Notes under the pieces: generated by a model
Database searches by the model: none
The model's input: the letters and a program-made list of their open reading frames with translations, nothing else
What the model was told of the DNA's origin: nothing
Shown here: piece after piece, positions 32,016 to 41,711 of the stretch
Layout of the letters: the number at the start of each line of letters is the position of its first letter
Numbering within the stretch: the stretch's first letter is position 1
Assembly: GCA_033763315.1 (NCBI GenBank)
Contig: JANRKS010000007.1
Location: 64,001 to 128,000 of the forward strand
Direction of reading: 5' to 3'
DNA: 64,000 nucleotides
DNA from: Deltaproteobacteria bacterium
GTDB taxonomy: Bacteria; Myxococcota_A; Polyangia; Fen-1088
Position numbers and translations under genes: made by a program

Positions 32016-32918
32016 ATGGCACTGGGACTTGGCACCGTTGCTTTCGGCCTTGATTACGGCATCTCGAACCGCAACGGACGCACGCCGATTGACGAGGCCG
32101 CACGCGTTTTACAACGCGCCGAAGCCGCCAAGCTACGCGTCGTCGATACCGCGTCGTTGTACGGCCAAAGTGAACTCACCTTGGGGCACGCCATGCCCCG
32201 CCCTCACAATTTTCTGATCGTCACAAAAACGCCAAAGTTCGGGCCCGCACTTGCATCCGACTCCGTTGATAGGCTTGTGCAGGCGTTCGAGCGCTCACGG
32301 CAGCTCATGCAAGTGGGCCAGGTTTATGGCTTGTTGATTCATCAAGCCACCGATCTGCTTTGTGAAGGAAGTGAAAAACTCATCGAAGCGATGCAAAGCC
32401 TTCAAGACGCAAAGCTTGTCACGCGCATCGGCATGTCTGTGTACGATCCCGCAACCACTCTACAGATCCTGCAGCGCCACGGGACGCAATGGCTGAATCT
32501 GATTCAGCTGCCCTTCAATGTATTCGACCAACGGTTCTTAAACACCGAGGCGCTGGAAAAACTGCAGGAAGCGAAGGCTGAGATCCACGCGCGCTCACCG
32601 TTTTTGCAAGGGCTGTTGCTGATGGACCCAAAGAACGTGGCGCCGTATTTCGATCCCTGGGCAAGCCATCTTGAACGCTATCGAGCGGTCGTTGCCGAGC
32701 TGGGGCTGTCGCCGTTGTCGGCCAGCTTGGGGTTCTCGCTGAACACGCCGTTTGTTCATCACACCATCACAGGCGCCTGCCGGTTAAGCGAGTTGGACGA
32801 ATTGATCGTGGCCGCGCAAGGTGCCAATGCGCACCCACACCTCTTCGAGGCCTTAAGCTCATTTAAACACACAGAGCTTGCCCTAATCGATCCTCAACGT
32901 TGGCCCGCCGTTCGTTAA
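32016..32918 (+). CDS. Aldo/keto reductase
   Basis: LGLGTVAFGLDYG, DTASLYGQSE, IGMSVY, QLPFNVFDQR, RSPFLQGLL. Confidence 0.9.
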   Translation: MALGLGTVAFGLDYGISNRNGRTPIDEAARVLQRAEAAKLRVVDTASLYGQSELTLGHAMPRPHNFLIVTKTPKFGPALASDSVDRLVQAFERSRQLMQVGQVYGLLIHQATDLLCEGSEKLIEAMQSLQDAKLVTRIGMSVYDPATTLQILQRHGTQWLNLIQLPFNVFDQRFLNTEALEKLQEAKAEIHARSPFLQGLLLMDPKNVAPYFDPWASHLERYRAVVAELGLSPLSASLGFSLNTPFVHHTITGACRLSELDELIVAAQGANAHPHLFEALSSFKHTELALIDPQRWPAVR

Positions 32919-32923
32919 GGACA

Positions 32924-33796
32924 TCACATGGCGATGGCGCCCAGAGGCCAGGCGTCGGGAACCACAAACCCGCGGCCCCGGCACACACCATCAGCGTCGG
33001 GATCTATGTGCGCCACCAGCACGGGCGCGGCGGCGGCAAAGGCAGCCACATCGGCAGGCGTGTGCGGCGCGCCCACGCGGTGTGAAGGGCACAGCCACCA
33101 TGGCTTCGGCAAACAAACCCAGACGGCGGCGTTCTTTGCGGTCCGTACGAACTCGCTGGCGGTGCACCAAAACCCGCCCTCGGCACGCGGGTTCATTGCC
33201 TGCGGCCACGCCTGATGATGTAGATGCCGAAACAAAGCACCCATCATCAACACCTCGGAATGAACCGGCACAGGCAAATGCGTGGGCCATGCGCCCTTTT
33301 CCATCGCCAACGCCGGAAGACGCGCTTGATGCAGCGCCACCCGGGCGAGCTTTTTATCCAGGCGATCCACCTTGCCCGGCCCCACCCAATCGTGGGACGC
33401 ATCGGATTCGCGGTAAGCCAAGTAGTACTTCACCGCGACTTCGCGATGAATCACCTCGTGGTTCGCGTTCAACCACAGACAATCAAGCTCCCCCAACGTC
33501 AAGCCGTGCGCCTTAATAGGCAGGTTCATCGCCAAGATCGCCACGCCGGGTTGCGCGCGGAGCAAACGTTCGTGCACACGTTCGAAGTGATGTCCCAAGC
33601 GGTGAGACGATGTTCCATATGACAACGGATTGCGATCGGTGGGCGTCTGCCAGCCTTGGCACGTGGCGCCCACCAAACCTTGCGCCTGCCAGTGGCCAGC
33701 TTCGATCAGTGGCTCGGCCTGCGCCAGCCACGCCACATCCGCCACGAAGCGCGGATCATCCGCGCGGGCGGGCGCTGTGGCGTGGTGTTCAGACAC
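32924..33796 (-). CDS. DUF1853 family protein (predicted nuclease-like fold)
   Basis: RLGHHFE, TLGELDCL, HREVAVKYYL, WVGPGKVDRLDKKL, RGFVVPDAWP. Confidence 0.8.
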   Translation of the reverse strand: MSEHHATAPARADDPRFVADVAWLAQAEPLIEAGHWQAQGLVGATCQGWQTPTDRNPLSYGTSSHRLGHHFERVHERLLRAQPGVAILAMNLPIKAHGLTLGELDCLWLNANHEVIHREVAVKYYLAYRESDASHDWVGPGKVDRLDKKLARVALHQARLPALAMEKGAWPTHLPVPVHSEVLMMGALFRHLHHQAWPQAMNPRAEGGFWCTASEFVRTAKNAAVWVCLPKPWWLCPSHRVGAPHTPADVAAFAAAAPVLVAHIDPDADGVCRGRGFVVPDAWPLGAIAM

Positions 33797-33800
33797 GCGC

Positions 33801-34352
33801 TTAGAACCGGATCTGAATTTCGTAGCGGCGGTTCTTTGCCTTTTTCGCGGGCGTGTTGTCTGGCTTCACCAACGGACGCTCGGAGCCCAAACCCACGGAA
33901 ATGATCTCAGCGGGCGCCACACCTTTGGCAACCAGCTCCTTCACGATCACAGCCGCCCGTTTGGCCGAAAGCTCCTTGTTGCGCGCCGCGGAGCCGGTTG
34001 TGTCTGTGTGACCCGACACTTCGAACTTGTAGCTCGTGACGCCCGCCACCTTCAGGTTCTTCTTCACCTCAGCCAACGTGTTCGCCAGGCTGCGCACCTT
34101 CTTGTCGCACCCAGGCTCAAGCTGATCGCTGTCGCTCTTGAACGCGCATTGGTTCTTGCGGCCTTCAGCCAAAAGTTTGGCGTTTAACTTCGCCACAGCT
34201 TTGTCTCGCGTTTTGTTCGTGGCCGCTCCCACGCCCTCTTTGGCGAGGCCACCGAGATCGAACGCGTTGACCCGCGCTGGGGACAAACCAAGTAGGCACA
34301 ACGCCGCCACACCCAGACCCACTTTGAGGAACACGTTATGTGTTTTGTTCAT
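33801..34352 (-). CDS. Secreted OmpA/MotB C-terminal peptidoglycan-binding domain protein
   Basis: Signal peptide, VSGHTDTTG..NKELSAKRA..NRRYEI. Confidence 0.88.
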   Translation of the reverse strand: MNKTHNVFLKVGLGVAALCLLGLSPARVNAFDLGGLAKEGVGAATNKTRDKAVAKLNAKLLAEGRKNQCAFKSDSDQLEPGCDKKVRSLANTLAEVKKNLKVAGVTSYKFEVSGHTDTTGSAARNKELSAKRAAVIVKELVAKGVAPAEIISVGLGSERPLVKPDNTPAKKAKNRRYEIQIRF

Positions 34353-34407
34353 ATCCTCGATCCTAGCGGAAAACGGCGGTCCTGGTTGAGCCAGACCTAC
34401 ATCCACC

Positions 34408-34446
34408 CTGTCACACCCTGCAACAGCGTTACAGGCACTGTGACAG
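34408..34446. promoter_or_regulatory. Long imperfect palindrome, candidate enhancer-binding-protein site
   Basis: CTGTCACA-CCCTGCAAC-AGC-GTTACAGGCAC-TGTGACAG, ending about 85 nt upstream of a -24/-12 promoter. Confidence 0.55.
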
Positions 34447-34531
34447 CCTGTGGCCGCTTCACTGACGTGCAAAACCGCCGTAAGGCCTGGATTTTGGCGC
34501 CCTCAAGCCACAAACGCCACCGCCCGAGCCG

Positions 34532-34547
34532 TGGCACAACCATTGCC
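34532..34547 (+). promoter_or_regulatory. Sigma-54 promoter
   Basis: TGGCACAACCATTGCC matches TGGCAC-N5-TTGC. Confidence 0.8.
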
Positions 34548-34559
34548 TTAATGGCCCGC

Positions 34560-36575
34560 ATGCAGATGTATCGCAGGGTCGCGCTCGCCGCCGCTTTATT
34601 GGCCACCACCGCGTGCCGCGGCCAGACCGGGCAGGCCGATGATGAACCGTCGTCGCAAGGGGGATCCAAAGGTGGCATGGGTGGACGCGGAAGTGGCGAT
34701 GGCGGCGCCGCTGGCAGCGCGGGCGGCATGGCGGGCCAAACCGCGTCGACCGTCGATGTCACGGGGCAGACGTCCGGCACACAACCTCCCGCGGCCTACG
34801 TGGCCAAAGTCAAACGCCTCATTAATGGAGGCGTGGCTACCAGCGAAGAGGTGGCCATGGTCACGGCAAATCCGGCCTCGCTCAAGACCTTGATCGACAC
34901 ATGGATGACGGATCCTGTCTTCAAAGCCAAGATGCTCGCGTTTTGGTCGGAAGCCTTGCAGCAAAGGGGCAATCTGAACAGCTCGCTCACCGAACAGCTG
35001 CCGGGGTTCACAGAAGCAAACCCTGCAACCCTTGCCGCTGTGAATGAGATGTTTGCGATGACGGCATGGGACATCGTTGCCAACGACCGGCCGTTCAATG
35101 AAGTCGTGACGACTCGCAAGTTCATGGTGAACACCGCCCTGCTGGTTCTGTTGAGCTTCATGGACTTGCCACCCGATGAAGGAAAGAAGCGCGACATCAC
35201 CATCTTTCACAACCCCACGCCAACGATCATTGCGCCGGCCGATTTGTCGGAGTCCGCCACAAGAAAAGTGTTTGCGCTGCCCGACGCGTTTGTGATGGAC
35301 CCGACCAATGGCGGCCAATGCAGCGACCCCATGGTGCTGAACCACGACACGTTCCTGCGGGTGTTGTTGGGTTCTTACCCGATACCTTGCCAACCGAACC
35401 GGCTCTCCGTTCCCATCGTCACGACGGCGGACCTTGAGGACTGGCGCATGGTGGAGTTCACCCGGCGGCCCGAAGGCAGCGTTGGCACGGCTTACTACGA
35501 CATTGCAGCTTTGCGCAAAGCCAAAACGCTGGCCCTGCGTCAACCGCGCGTGGGCTTCTTCACAACGCTCGCGTTTTTGGCCCGCAACGCCACCAATGAA
35601 GACAACGATTTTCGCGTGACCACAAACCAAACTTTGATCGCGGCGCTCGGACGCGCCTTCGAAGACGAGAAGGTCACCATCCCTGTGCGGACCGCGGCCG
35701 TCAGTGCGGAACACGCCGTGCCTGGCACCGTTTGTTGGAGTTGCCACATCAGCCTAGATCCGATGCGCAACTACTTTGCGAACGAATTCTTGCCCAACTA
35801 CCGCGCACCCGCGATGCGTGGAACAGGCGAGACATCATTTGGTTTTCTTGATGTGACCAGCGACGGCGGCGACATCTATAAATTTGCCGAGACAACCGGC
35901 GATCATCCCGACTTTGCCATCGGCTGGACCCAACGGCTGTGTTACTGGTCCAACTCCCAGCCATGCAGCGAAGAGGATCCAGAGTTCATTCGCGTGGCCC
36001 AAGCGTTCAAAGCAAGCAAATTCAAGTTCAAAACCCTACTGCGTGAATTATTGGCTTCGCCTTTGGTCACGGCCGCTGCAGAGACCAAAACGCAAAGAGA
36101 GACAAACGGAACGATCGTCAGCGTTGCGCGCCGCTCGCACCTTTGTGCAGACTTTGCCAACCGCTTGATGACACCCGATCTGTGCCAATCAGACGCCACT
36201 TTGTTGCGTTTGGTGCTGGCCTTGCCAGATGACGAGTATGGCCGCGGCGCCGTGGCGCCCGTGCAAGCCACTGAGCCCACACTCATCAACAGCGGCACAC
36301 TCAACGCGGTTTGTGATCGGCTCGCAACTTTGGTGGTGGACGGAAAGCCCACCAGCAGCCGCATCACAAGTGCCAATGCGGAGGCCAGCTTCGACTTCAT
36401 CGTTGGCAATGTGATGGGCGTCCCCTCAGGCGATCCGCGATACACGCCGTTACGCAAGATCGTTTCCGATCACTTCGCCGCGGCCAAATCCGCCAAAGCC
36501 AACAGCACGCAGGCGATGCGATCGGCTTTCTCATTGGCCTGCCAATCACCCACCGCCGCCGCAATAGGCCTCTAG
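34560..36575 (+). CDS. Lipoprotein with CxxCH heme-c motif (DUF1549/DUF1585-like partner of DUF1501)
   Basis: LATTAC lipobox, Gly-rich linker, CWSCH at 35733-35747, LDPMR, FKTLLRELLASP. Confidence 0.7.
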   Translation: MQMYRRVALAAALLATTACRGQTGQADDEPSSQGGSKGGMGGRGSGDGGAAGSAGGMAGQTASTVDVTGQTSGTQPPAAYVAKVKRLINGGVATSEEVAMVTANPASLKTLIDTWMTDPVFKAKMLAFWSEALQQRGNLNSSLTEQLPGFTEANPATLAAVNEMFAMTAWDIVANDRPFNEVVTTRKFMVNTALLVLLSFMDLPPDEGKKRDITIFHNPTPTIIAPADLSESATRKVFALPDAFVMDPTNGGQCSDPMVLNHDTFLRVLLGSYPIPCQPNRLSVPIVTTADLEDWRMVEFTRRPEGSVGTAYYDIAALRKAKTLALRQPRVGFFTTLAFLARNATNEDNDFRVTTNQTLIAALGRAFEDEKVTIPVRTAAVSAEHAVPGTVCWSCHISLDPMRNYFANEFLPNYRAPAMRGTGETSFGFLDVTSDGGDIYKFAETTGDHPDFAIGWTQRLCYWSNSQPCSEEDPEFIRVAQAFKASKFKFKTLLRELLASPLVTAAAETKTQRETNGTIVSVARRSHLCADFANRLMTPDLCQSDATLLRLVLALPDDEYGRGAVAPVQATEPTLINSGTLNAVCDRLATLVVDGKPTSSRITSANAEASFDFIVGNVMGVPSGDPRYTPLRKIVSDHFAAAKSAKANSTQAMRSAFSLACQSPTAAAIGL

Positions 36576-36589
36576 TTAGGGAGTTCATC

Positions 36590-37903
36590 ATGCAACGACG
36601 AAATTTACTGAAGATGGCGGTTAGTGCAGGCGCGACGGCACCGTTATGGCGATCACTGGCCTCAGGTCTGCCGATGTCTTGGATCCTGGGGGATCGCAAT
36701 CCTGCGTTCGCCGCTGAGGGGCCCAAACAATTCTTGATCGTGAGCTTGTCTCAGGGGGGGGATCCTCTCAACGCCAATACGCCCGGGACTTACGGGGTGC
36801 AGGACGTTTATCACAACCCAAATCCTGAGATGGCCGAAACGCCAGTGGCCCTGGGCGGCAAGATGACAACAGCGGCCAAGCCCTGGTCCACGCTGCCAGA
36901 GTGGGCGCGGCAACGCGCGGTGTTCTTCCACCACCGCACCTACACGAACGCGCACCCCAATTTCTTCAAGGTGCTCAATCTGTTTGGTGCGGCGAAGTCA
37001 ACGCGTGGGTCGGGCGGCGAGATGTTGCCGTCGTTGATGGCCAGTGAAGTGGCAACGGATCTCAAAACAGTACAAGCAGAGCCATTGGTGTTGGCCAACA
37101 CAGGCGCCCGCCTCACGTTTGCTGGACGCGTTTTGGCCCCCTCGTCGCCGAGTTCGCTGGTGCAGATTCTGGGTGGCGCCCCGCCAGGCATCGCAAAAGA
37201 TTTGGAGGCTCTTCGGCAAAAGGATTTGGCCGCGATCAAGGCGGAGCTCGATGGCCGCGGCACTCCGGCCCAGAAGGAATTTTTGGATCGGCACGCGCTC
37301 AGCTTCACCCAACTCAAGGACGTGCGCGATAAGATCGGATCCCTTTTGGCAGACGGTGCCGCCTGGACGAACGACGCCCTGGGGCAAGTCAACGCCGCCG
37401 TTACCATGGTGCAGTTGAAACTATCCCCGGTGATCGTGGTCTCGATACCGTTTGGGGGCGACAACCACACGGATCCTGGCCTTGTGAAAGAAGCCGCGCA
37501 AACCGTCAGCGGCGTGGACGCCATCACAAATTTGATGACCCGGCTTGAAGCCACGGGGCTTAAAGATCAAGTCACGTTTGCCACGTGCCACGTGTTCGGG
37601 CGAACTCTATCGAAACAACGTGATGGCAATGGCCGCAACCACAATCAGAATCATCACACCACGCTGATGATTGGCAAGGGGCTCAAAGGTGGCGTCGTGG
37701 GCGGTTTGGTGAAGATGGGCAGCGATTTCGGCGCCGACGGTTTCGATTCGAGCACGGGCGCCGTGAACCCCACAGGTGACGTCAGAGCCACGGAGACGTT
37801 GGAATCAATGGCGAAAACTTTGGGCAAGGCACTCGGCATCGCCGACGCTGTGCTGGAAACACGCATCAGGGGTGGCAAGGCCGTGCCCGCGGCGCTCGCA
37901 TAG
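36590..37903 (+). CDS. Tat-exported DUF1501-like protein
   Basis: MQRRNLLK twin-arginine signal, FGGDNH, FGRTL..GRNH, IGKGLKGGVVGG. Confidence 0.75.
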   Translation: MQRRNLLKMAVSAGATAPLWRSLASGLPMSWILGDRNPAFAAEGPKQFLIVSLSQGGDPLNANTPGTYGVQDVYHNPNPEMAETPVALGGKMTTAAKPWSTLPEWARQRAVFFHHRTYTNAHPNFFKVLNLFGAAKSTRGSGGEMLPSLMASEVATDLKTVQAEPLVLANTGARLTFAGRVLAPSSPSSLVQILGGAPPGIAKDLEALRQKDLAAIKAELDGRGTPAQKEFLDRHALSFTQLKDVRDKIGSLLADGAAWTNDALGQVNAAVTMVQLKLSPVIVVSIPFGGDNHTDPGLVKEAAQTVSGVDAITNLMTRLEATGLKDQVTFATCHVFGRTLSKQRDGNGRNHNQNHHTTLMIGKGLKGGVVGGLVKMGSDFGADGFDSSTGAVNPTGDVRATETLESMAKTLGKALGIADAVLETRIRGGKAVPAALA

Positions 37904-37956
37904 CCCCACCGATTGGTCCCGCAAGCGCCCTACAGAGTGTGGTATCCAAGAGGGCG

Positions 37957-38763
37957 ATGGACGACGAACGTTCAGTCGCGGTGTCCCCGCGGCACAAGGT
38001 GGTGTTGGCGCGGGAGCTGTTGGTGCTGCTCGAACGCGCGCCACGCACGGACTTCGTCGTTCGCACGTTGGCCAAGCGCGAAGCCAATGGGCTGCCTTTG
38101 ATGACTGCAGAGATGGTTGTGGCCGGAGAAGAAACGCGTCGGCAACATCCAGCCGCCGCCACGTATCCATTGCACTTCCGCAAAACGTATTTTCCAGGTC
38201 GCTTGCACGGCGATCCGGGTGAGGAATACAAGAGCCATCTGCGCGCGTCCGAGTTGTGCCCCGCCGTGCCCGCCCCGATAGGCTACGGCGACAATGTGTT
38301 TCGCAGTTGCTTGATCCCGGGACGTCCCTACGCCCGGCTGACCCCGTTTGGCGCTGACCCACCCGAGAGCAACATCGCCCTGGCCGCCAAGCACGGCCTG
38401 GCGGAAATGGCGGGGCTTTGGCACTTCGCCGAAGACATGTTCACGCAGCTACGCGCCTTGCATACAGGTGGGCTCGCGCATGGGGACGCGGAACTGCACA
38501 ACTGCATCGTGTGCCCGGCACCCCTTGAATCCCTGCTGATCGACTTTGAGTCGGCCGTCGAAAAGAGCACGCTCTCGGACACGGCATGGGAGACCCGGTG
38601 CGCCCTGGATCTTGAACCACTGTTGCGGGAGGCCGTTTACCTGCAGTGCGGCCTCGGGCATCAGCCGGGACCCCTCGGCGACTTGGCGCTGGCCCGGCTG
38701 GATCAGCTGTTCCGATCGCCCGATAAATTTCGTCGGGCCATTGAAGTGCAAGCCGCAGTGTGA
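37957..38763 (+). CDS. Atypical kinase-fold phosphotransferase (APH/RIO/Kdo-like)
   Basis: FRKTY, LAHGDAELHN, LLIDFE catalytic-loop-like motifs. Confidence 0.65.
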   Translation: MDDERSVAVSPRHKVVLARELLVLLERAPRTDFVVRTLAKREANGLPLMTAEMVVAGEETRRQHPAAATYPLHFRKTYFPGRLHGDPGEEYKSHLRASELCPAVPAPIGYGDNVFRSCLIPGRPYARLTPFGADPPESNIALAAKHGLAEMAGLWHFAEDMFTQLRALHTGGLAHGDAELHNCIVCPAPLESLLIDFESAVEKSTLSDTAWETRCALDLEPLLREAVYLQCGLGHQPGPLGDLALARLDQLFRSPDKFRRAIEVQAAV

Positions 38764-39057
38764 CAAAGGCCCCTTCAGGTCCCCGAGAGGGCGTCCCATT
38801 TCGGCCCGGTCGTTTGGGCGCCAGGGTCCCTCATGACACGTCGCATCTAGCGCCGGGGCAGAATTTTCGCATTGGTTATCGGCTGGAAAACTTCCCGAAA
38901 CAATAGCGAGCTAGAACGTGGCCTGGCGCCACTTTTTCCCTGACAAAAGTCTCGCTTTTGAGCATAAGAAGGACGCTACAAGTCTCGTTACATTTGCGGT
39001 TCAACGTCTGGTGTTGAACGCGGTCTGAGAAAAGCACGTGAGCAAAGAAAGAAGGCT

Positions 39058-41244
39058 ATGAACATGAGCGGAAGCGCAGTAAGGCGAGCAGCGATCGCGC
39101 AGGCAACCAGCTACAAACCGAGCGGCCCAGCGCTGGACTATAAGGAGACGCCAGCGGCCTCTCTTTATGGGGTCAACGTGTTCGGCCTTTCGGCGATGAA
39201 AGCTGTCCTGTCGAAGGAAGTTTTCAAGCAGGTCAAGCGCACCGTGGAAACGGGCGTGGCCTTGGACCCCAAAGTGGCCGACGCCGTCGCGGCCGCCATG
39301 AAGACCTGGGCGTTGTCCAAAGGGGCCACGCACTACTCACACGTGTTTTACCCCCTCACCGCCATCACGGCCGAGAAGCACGACAGCTTCTTGTCGCCCG
39401 ACGGTGAAGGCGGAGCCATTACGGAGTTTTCGGGCAAGACCCTGATTCAGGGCGAACCCGACGCTTCCAGCTTCCCCAACGGCGGCATCCGCGCCACGAA
39501 CGAAGCCCGTGGTTACACGGCTTGGGACGTGACCAGCCCCGCCTACCTTTTGGAAACGAAAAACGGCACCACGCTGTGCATTCCCACGGCATTCGTTTCG
39601 TGGACGGGCGAAGCCCTTGATAAGAAAACGCCGCTGTTGCGCGCGGGCGCCGCACTCAACACGCAGGTTCAACGCATCCTGAAGCTGTTCGGGCACGAAA
39701 ACCCCGCGCAGGTCACGTCCTTCGCTGGCGCGGAACAAGAATACTTCTTGATCGACAAGAACTTCTATTACGCACGCCCCGACTTGCTGAACGCGGGCCG
39801 TTCGTTGTTCGGCCAAAAGCCTCCCAAGGGCCAAGAATTCGAAGACCACTACTTTGGCGTAATTCCTGAACGCGTCTTGGCGTTCATGATGGAAGTGGAA
39901 CGCGAGCTGTTCAAGTTGGGCGTGCCCGCAAAAACGCGCCACAACGAAGTGGCGCCAGGTCAATTCGAGATCGCTCCTGTATTCGAAGGCGCCAACATCG
40001 CCTCCGATCACCAGCAACTCGTGATGACCACCCTCAAGGCCGTGGCGGCTCGTCACGATTTGGTTTGCTTGCTGCACGAGAAGCCCTTTGCGGGCGTCAA
40101 TGGATCGGGCAAGCACGTCAACTGGTCATTCGGCAACGCCACACAGGGCAACCTGCTGGATCCAGGCGATACGCCCCACGACAACGCCCAGTTCCTGGTG
40201 TTCTGTGGCGCCGTCATCCGCGCCGTTCACAAGTTCGGCGGCGTTATGCGCGCCGCGATCGCTTCGGCCAGCAACGACCACCGCTTGGGCGCGAACGAAG
40301 CGCCTCCGGCGATCATCTCGATCTTCATGGGCGAGCAGCTGTCGGACGTGTTCGAGCAAATCAAGGCCGGTGGCGCCAAGAGCTCGAAGATGAAGAGCAA
40401 GCTGGAAATTGGCGTGGACAGCCTGCCTCACTTGCCACGCGACGCCGGCGATCGTAACCGCACAAGCCCCTTCGCCTTCACCGGCAACCGCTTCGAGTTC
40501 CGCGCCGTTGGCTCGGGTCAATCGATCAGCGGCCCGCTCGTGGCCGTGAACACGGCCGTGGCCGAAGCTTGTGACTACATTGCCACAAAGCTGGAATCAG
40601 CGGTGGCCAGCGGCACCAAGTTGAACATGGCCATCCAGGCTGTGTTGGCCGACATCGTTCGGGATCACGGCTCAGTGATCTTCGACGGCAACGGTTACTC
40701 CGCCGAGTGGCACGCTGAAGCTGAAAAGCGCGGCTTGCCGAACTACAAGACCACGGTCGACGCACTTCCCGTGCTTACGAAACCAGAAGTCATTGCCACG
40801 TTCGACAAGTACAAGGTGTTGACCCCGCGTGAATTGCAAAGCCGCTACGAGATCTATCTTGAGCAGTACTGCAAGACCGTGAACGTGGAAGCCAAGCTCA
40901 CCACGAAGATCGCGAAGACCATCATCTTGCCAGCGGCGCTTCGCTACCAAAGCGAACTGGCTGCCAACGCTGCCAACGTCAAAGCCGCGGGCCTGACGGG
41001 TGACACCACCGTGCTCAAGCAAGTGACAGAGTTGATTGGCAAGTTGCAAGGTGGCTTGTCGGCCCTTGAGTCTGCTAGCAGCCACCACGGCGCTGACAGC
41101 TTGCTGGCCGAGGCCAAGCACTTCTGCAACGACGTGCTGCCTGCGATGGTGAAGGTGCGTGAAGCCGCTGATTCACTGGAAGCCGTCGTGGCCGACGACC
41201 AGTGGCCGCTTCCCACCTACCAAGAGATGTTGTTCATCAAGTAA
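39058..41244 (+). CDS. Glutamine synthetase type III
   Basis: 728 aa; [72 protein letters not shown]. Confidence 0.96.
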   Translation: MNMSGSAVRRAAIAQATSYKPSGPALDYKETPAASLYGVNVFGLSAMKAVLSKEVFKQVKRTVETGVALDPKVADAVAAAMKTWALSKGATHYSHVFYPLTAITAEKHDSFLSPDGEGGAITEFSGKTLIQGEPDASSFPNGGIRATNEARGYTAWDVTSPAYLLETKNGTTLCIPTAFVSWTGEALDKKTPLLRAGAALNTQVQRILKLFGHENPAQVTSFAGAEQEYFLIDKNFYYARPDLLNAGRSLFGQKPPKGQEFEDHYFGVIPERVLAFMMEVERELFKLGVPAKTRHNEVAPGQFEIAPVFEGANIASDHQQLVMTTLKAVAARHDLVCLLHEKPFAGVNGSGKHVNWSFGNATQGNLLDPGDTPHDNAQFLVFCGAVIRAVHKFGGVMRAAIASASNDHRLGANEAPPAIISIFMGEQLSDVFEQIKAGGAKSSKMKSKLEIGVDSLPHLPRDAGDRNRTSPFAFTGNRFEFRAVGSGQSISGPLVAVNTAVAEACDYIATKLESAVASGTKLNMAIQAVLADIVRDHGSVIFDGNGYSAEWHAEAEKRGLPNYKTTVDALPVLTKPEVIATFDKYKVLTPRELQSRYEIYLEQYCKTVNVEAKLTTKIAKTIILPAALRYQSELAANAANVKAAGLTGDTTVLKQVTELIGKLQGGLSALESASSHHGADSLLAEAKHFCNDVLPAMVKVREAADSLEAVVADDQWPLPTYQEMLFIK

Positions 41245-41267
41245 GCTCTTCACAGGCGTTTAGAAAT

Positions 41268-41304
41268 GAGGGTGAGGCGGCAACGCTTCACCCTCTTTGC
41301 TTTT
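41268..41304 (+). terminator. Intrinsic terminator of GSIII gene
   Basis: GAGGGTGAGGCG-GCAA-CGCTTCACCCTC followed by TTTGCTTTT. Confidence 0.9.
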
Positions 41305-41360
41305 CGAAGGTCCCACCCTTGGGCCTCGCGCTTAGCGCAGCCCGTAGTAAACTGGCGCCC

Positions 41361-41711
41361 ATGACCAAGACCTCGTTTTCAAGCTTCCTCGTTGAGGGTG
41401 TGGACCCCAAGCACCCCGGTTTGGCGAAGAGGCTGGACGACATTCGTGAGTTCCGCGGCAATGAATCTGTCGCCGACCACGAAATCGCTATCTTGCGCAT
41501 CGGCGACACCACGGACGCGACTCTTCTGGCCGCTTATCTCGATTGGATGGGAGAAAACCTGCGCATCACGGACGCACCCAAGAGCTTGCGGTTGCGTCAA
41601 GAGCACATGCTTAAGGTGCTACTGCACAGCGACTTCGACGTCACCACACAAGCGCGTTTGCGCGTAGAACGTTTATTGCGTGGGCAGCCCCCCTCAAACG
41701 CGGCAAGCTAG
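41361..41711 (+). CDS. Hypothetical protein (116 aa)
   Basis: Fills the gap between terminator and convergent gene; globular-looking composition. Confidence 0.55.
   Translation: MTKTSFSSFLVEGVDPKHPGLAKRLDDIREFRGNESVADHEIAILRIGDTTDATLLAAYLDWMGENLRITDAPKSLRLRQEHMLKVLLHSDFDVTTQARLRVERLLRGQPPSNAAS

Noticed and set aside
38924-38939. Possible sigma-54 promoter TGGCGCCACTTTTTCC upstream of GSIII
   Set aside because: Lacks the conserved GC at -12 (TTTCC instead of TTGC)
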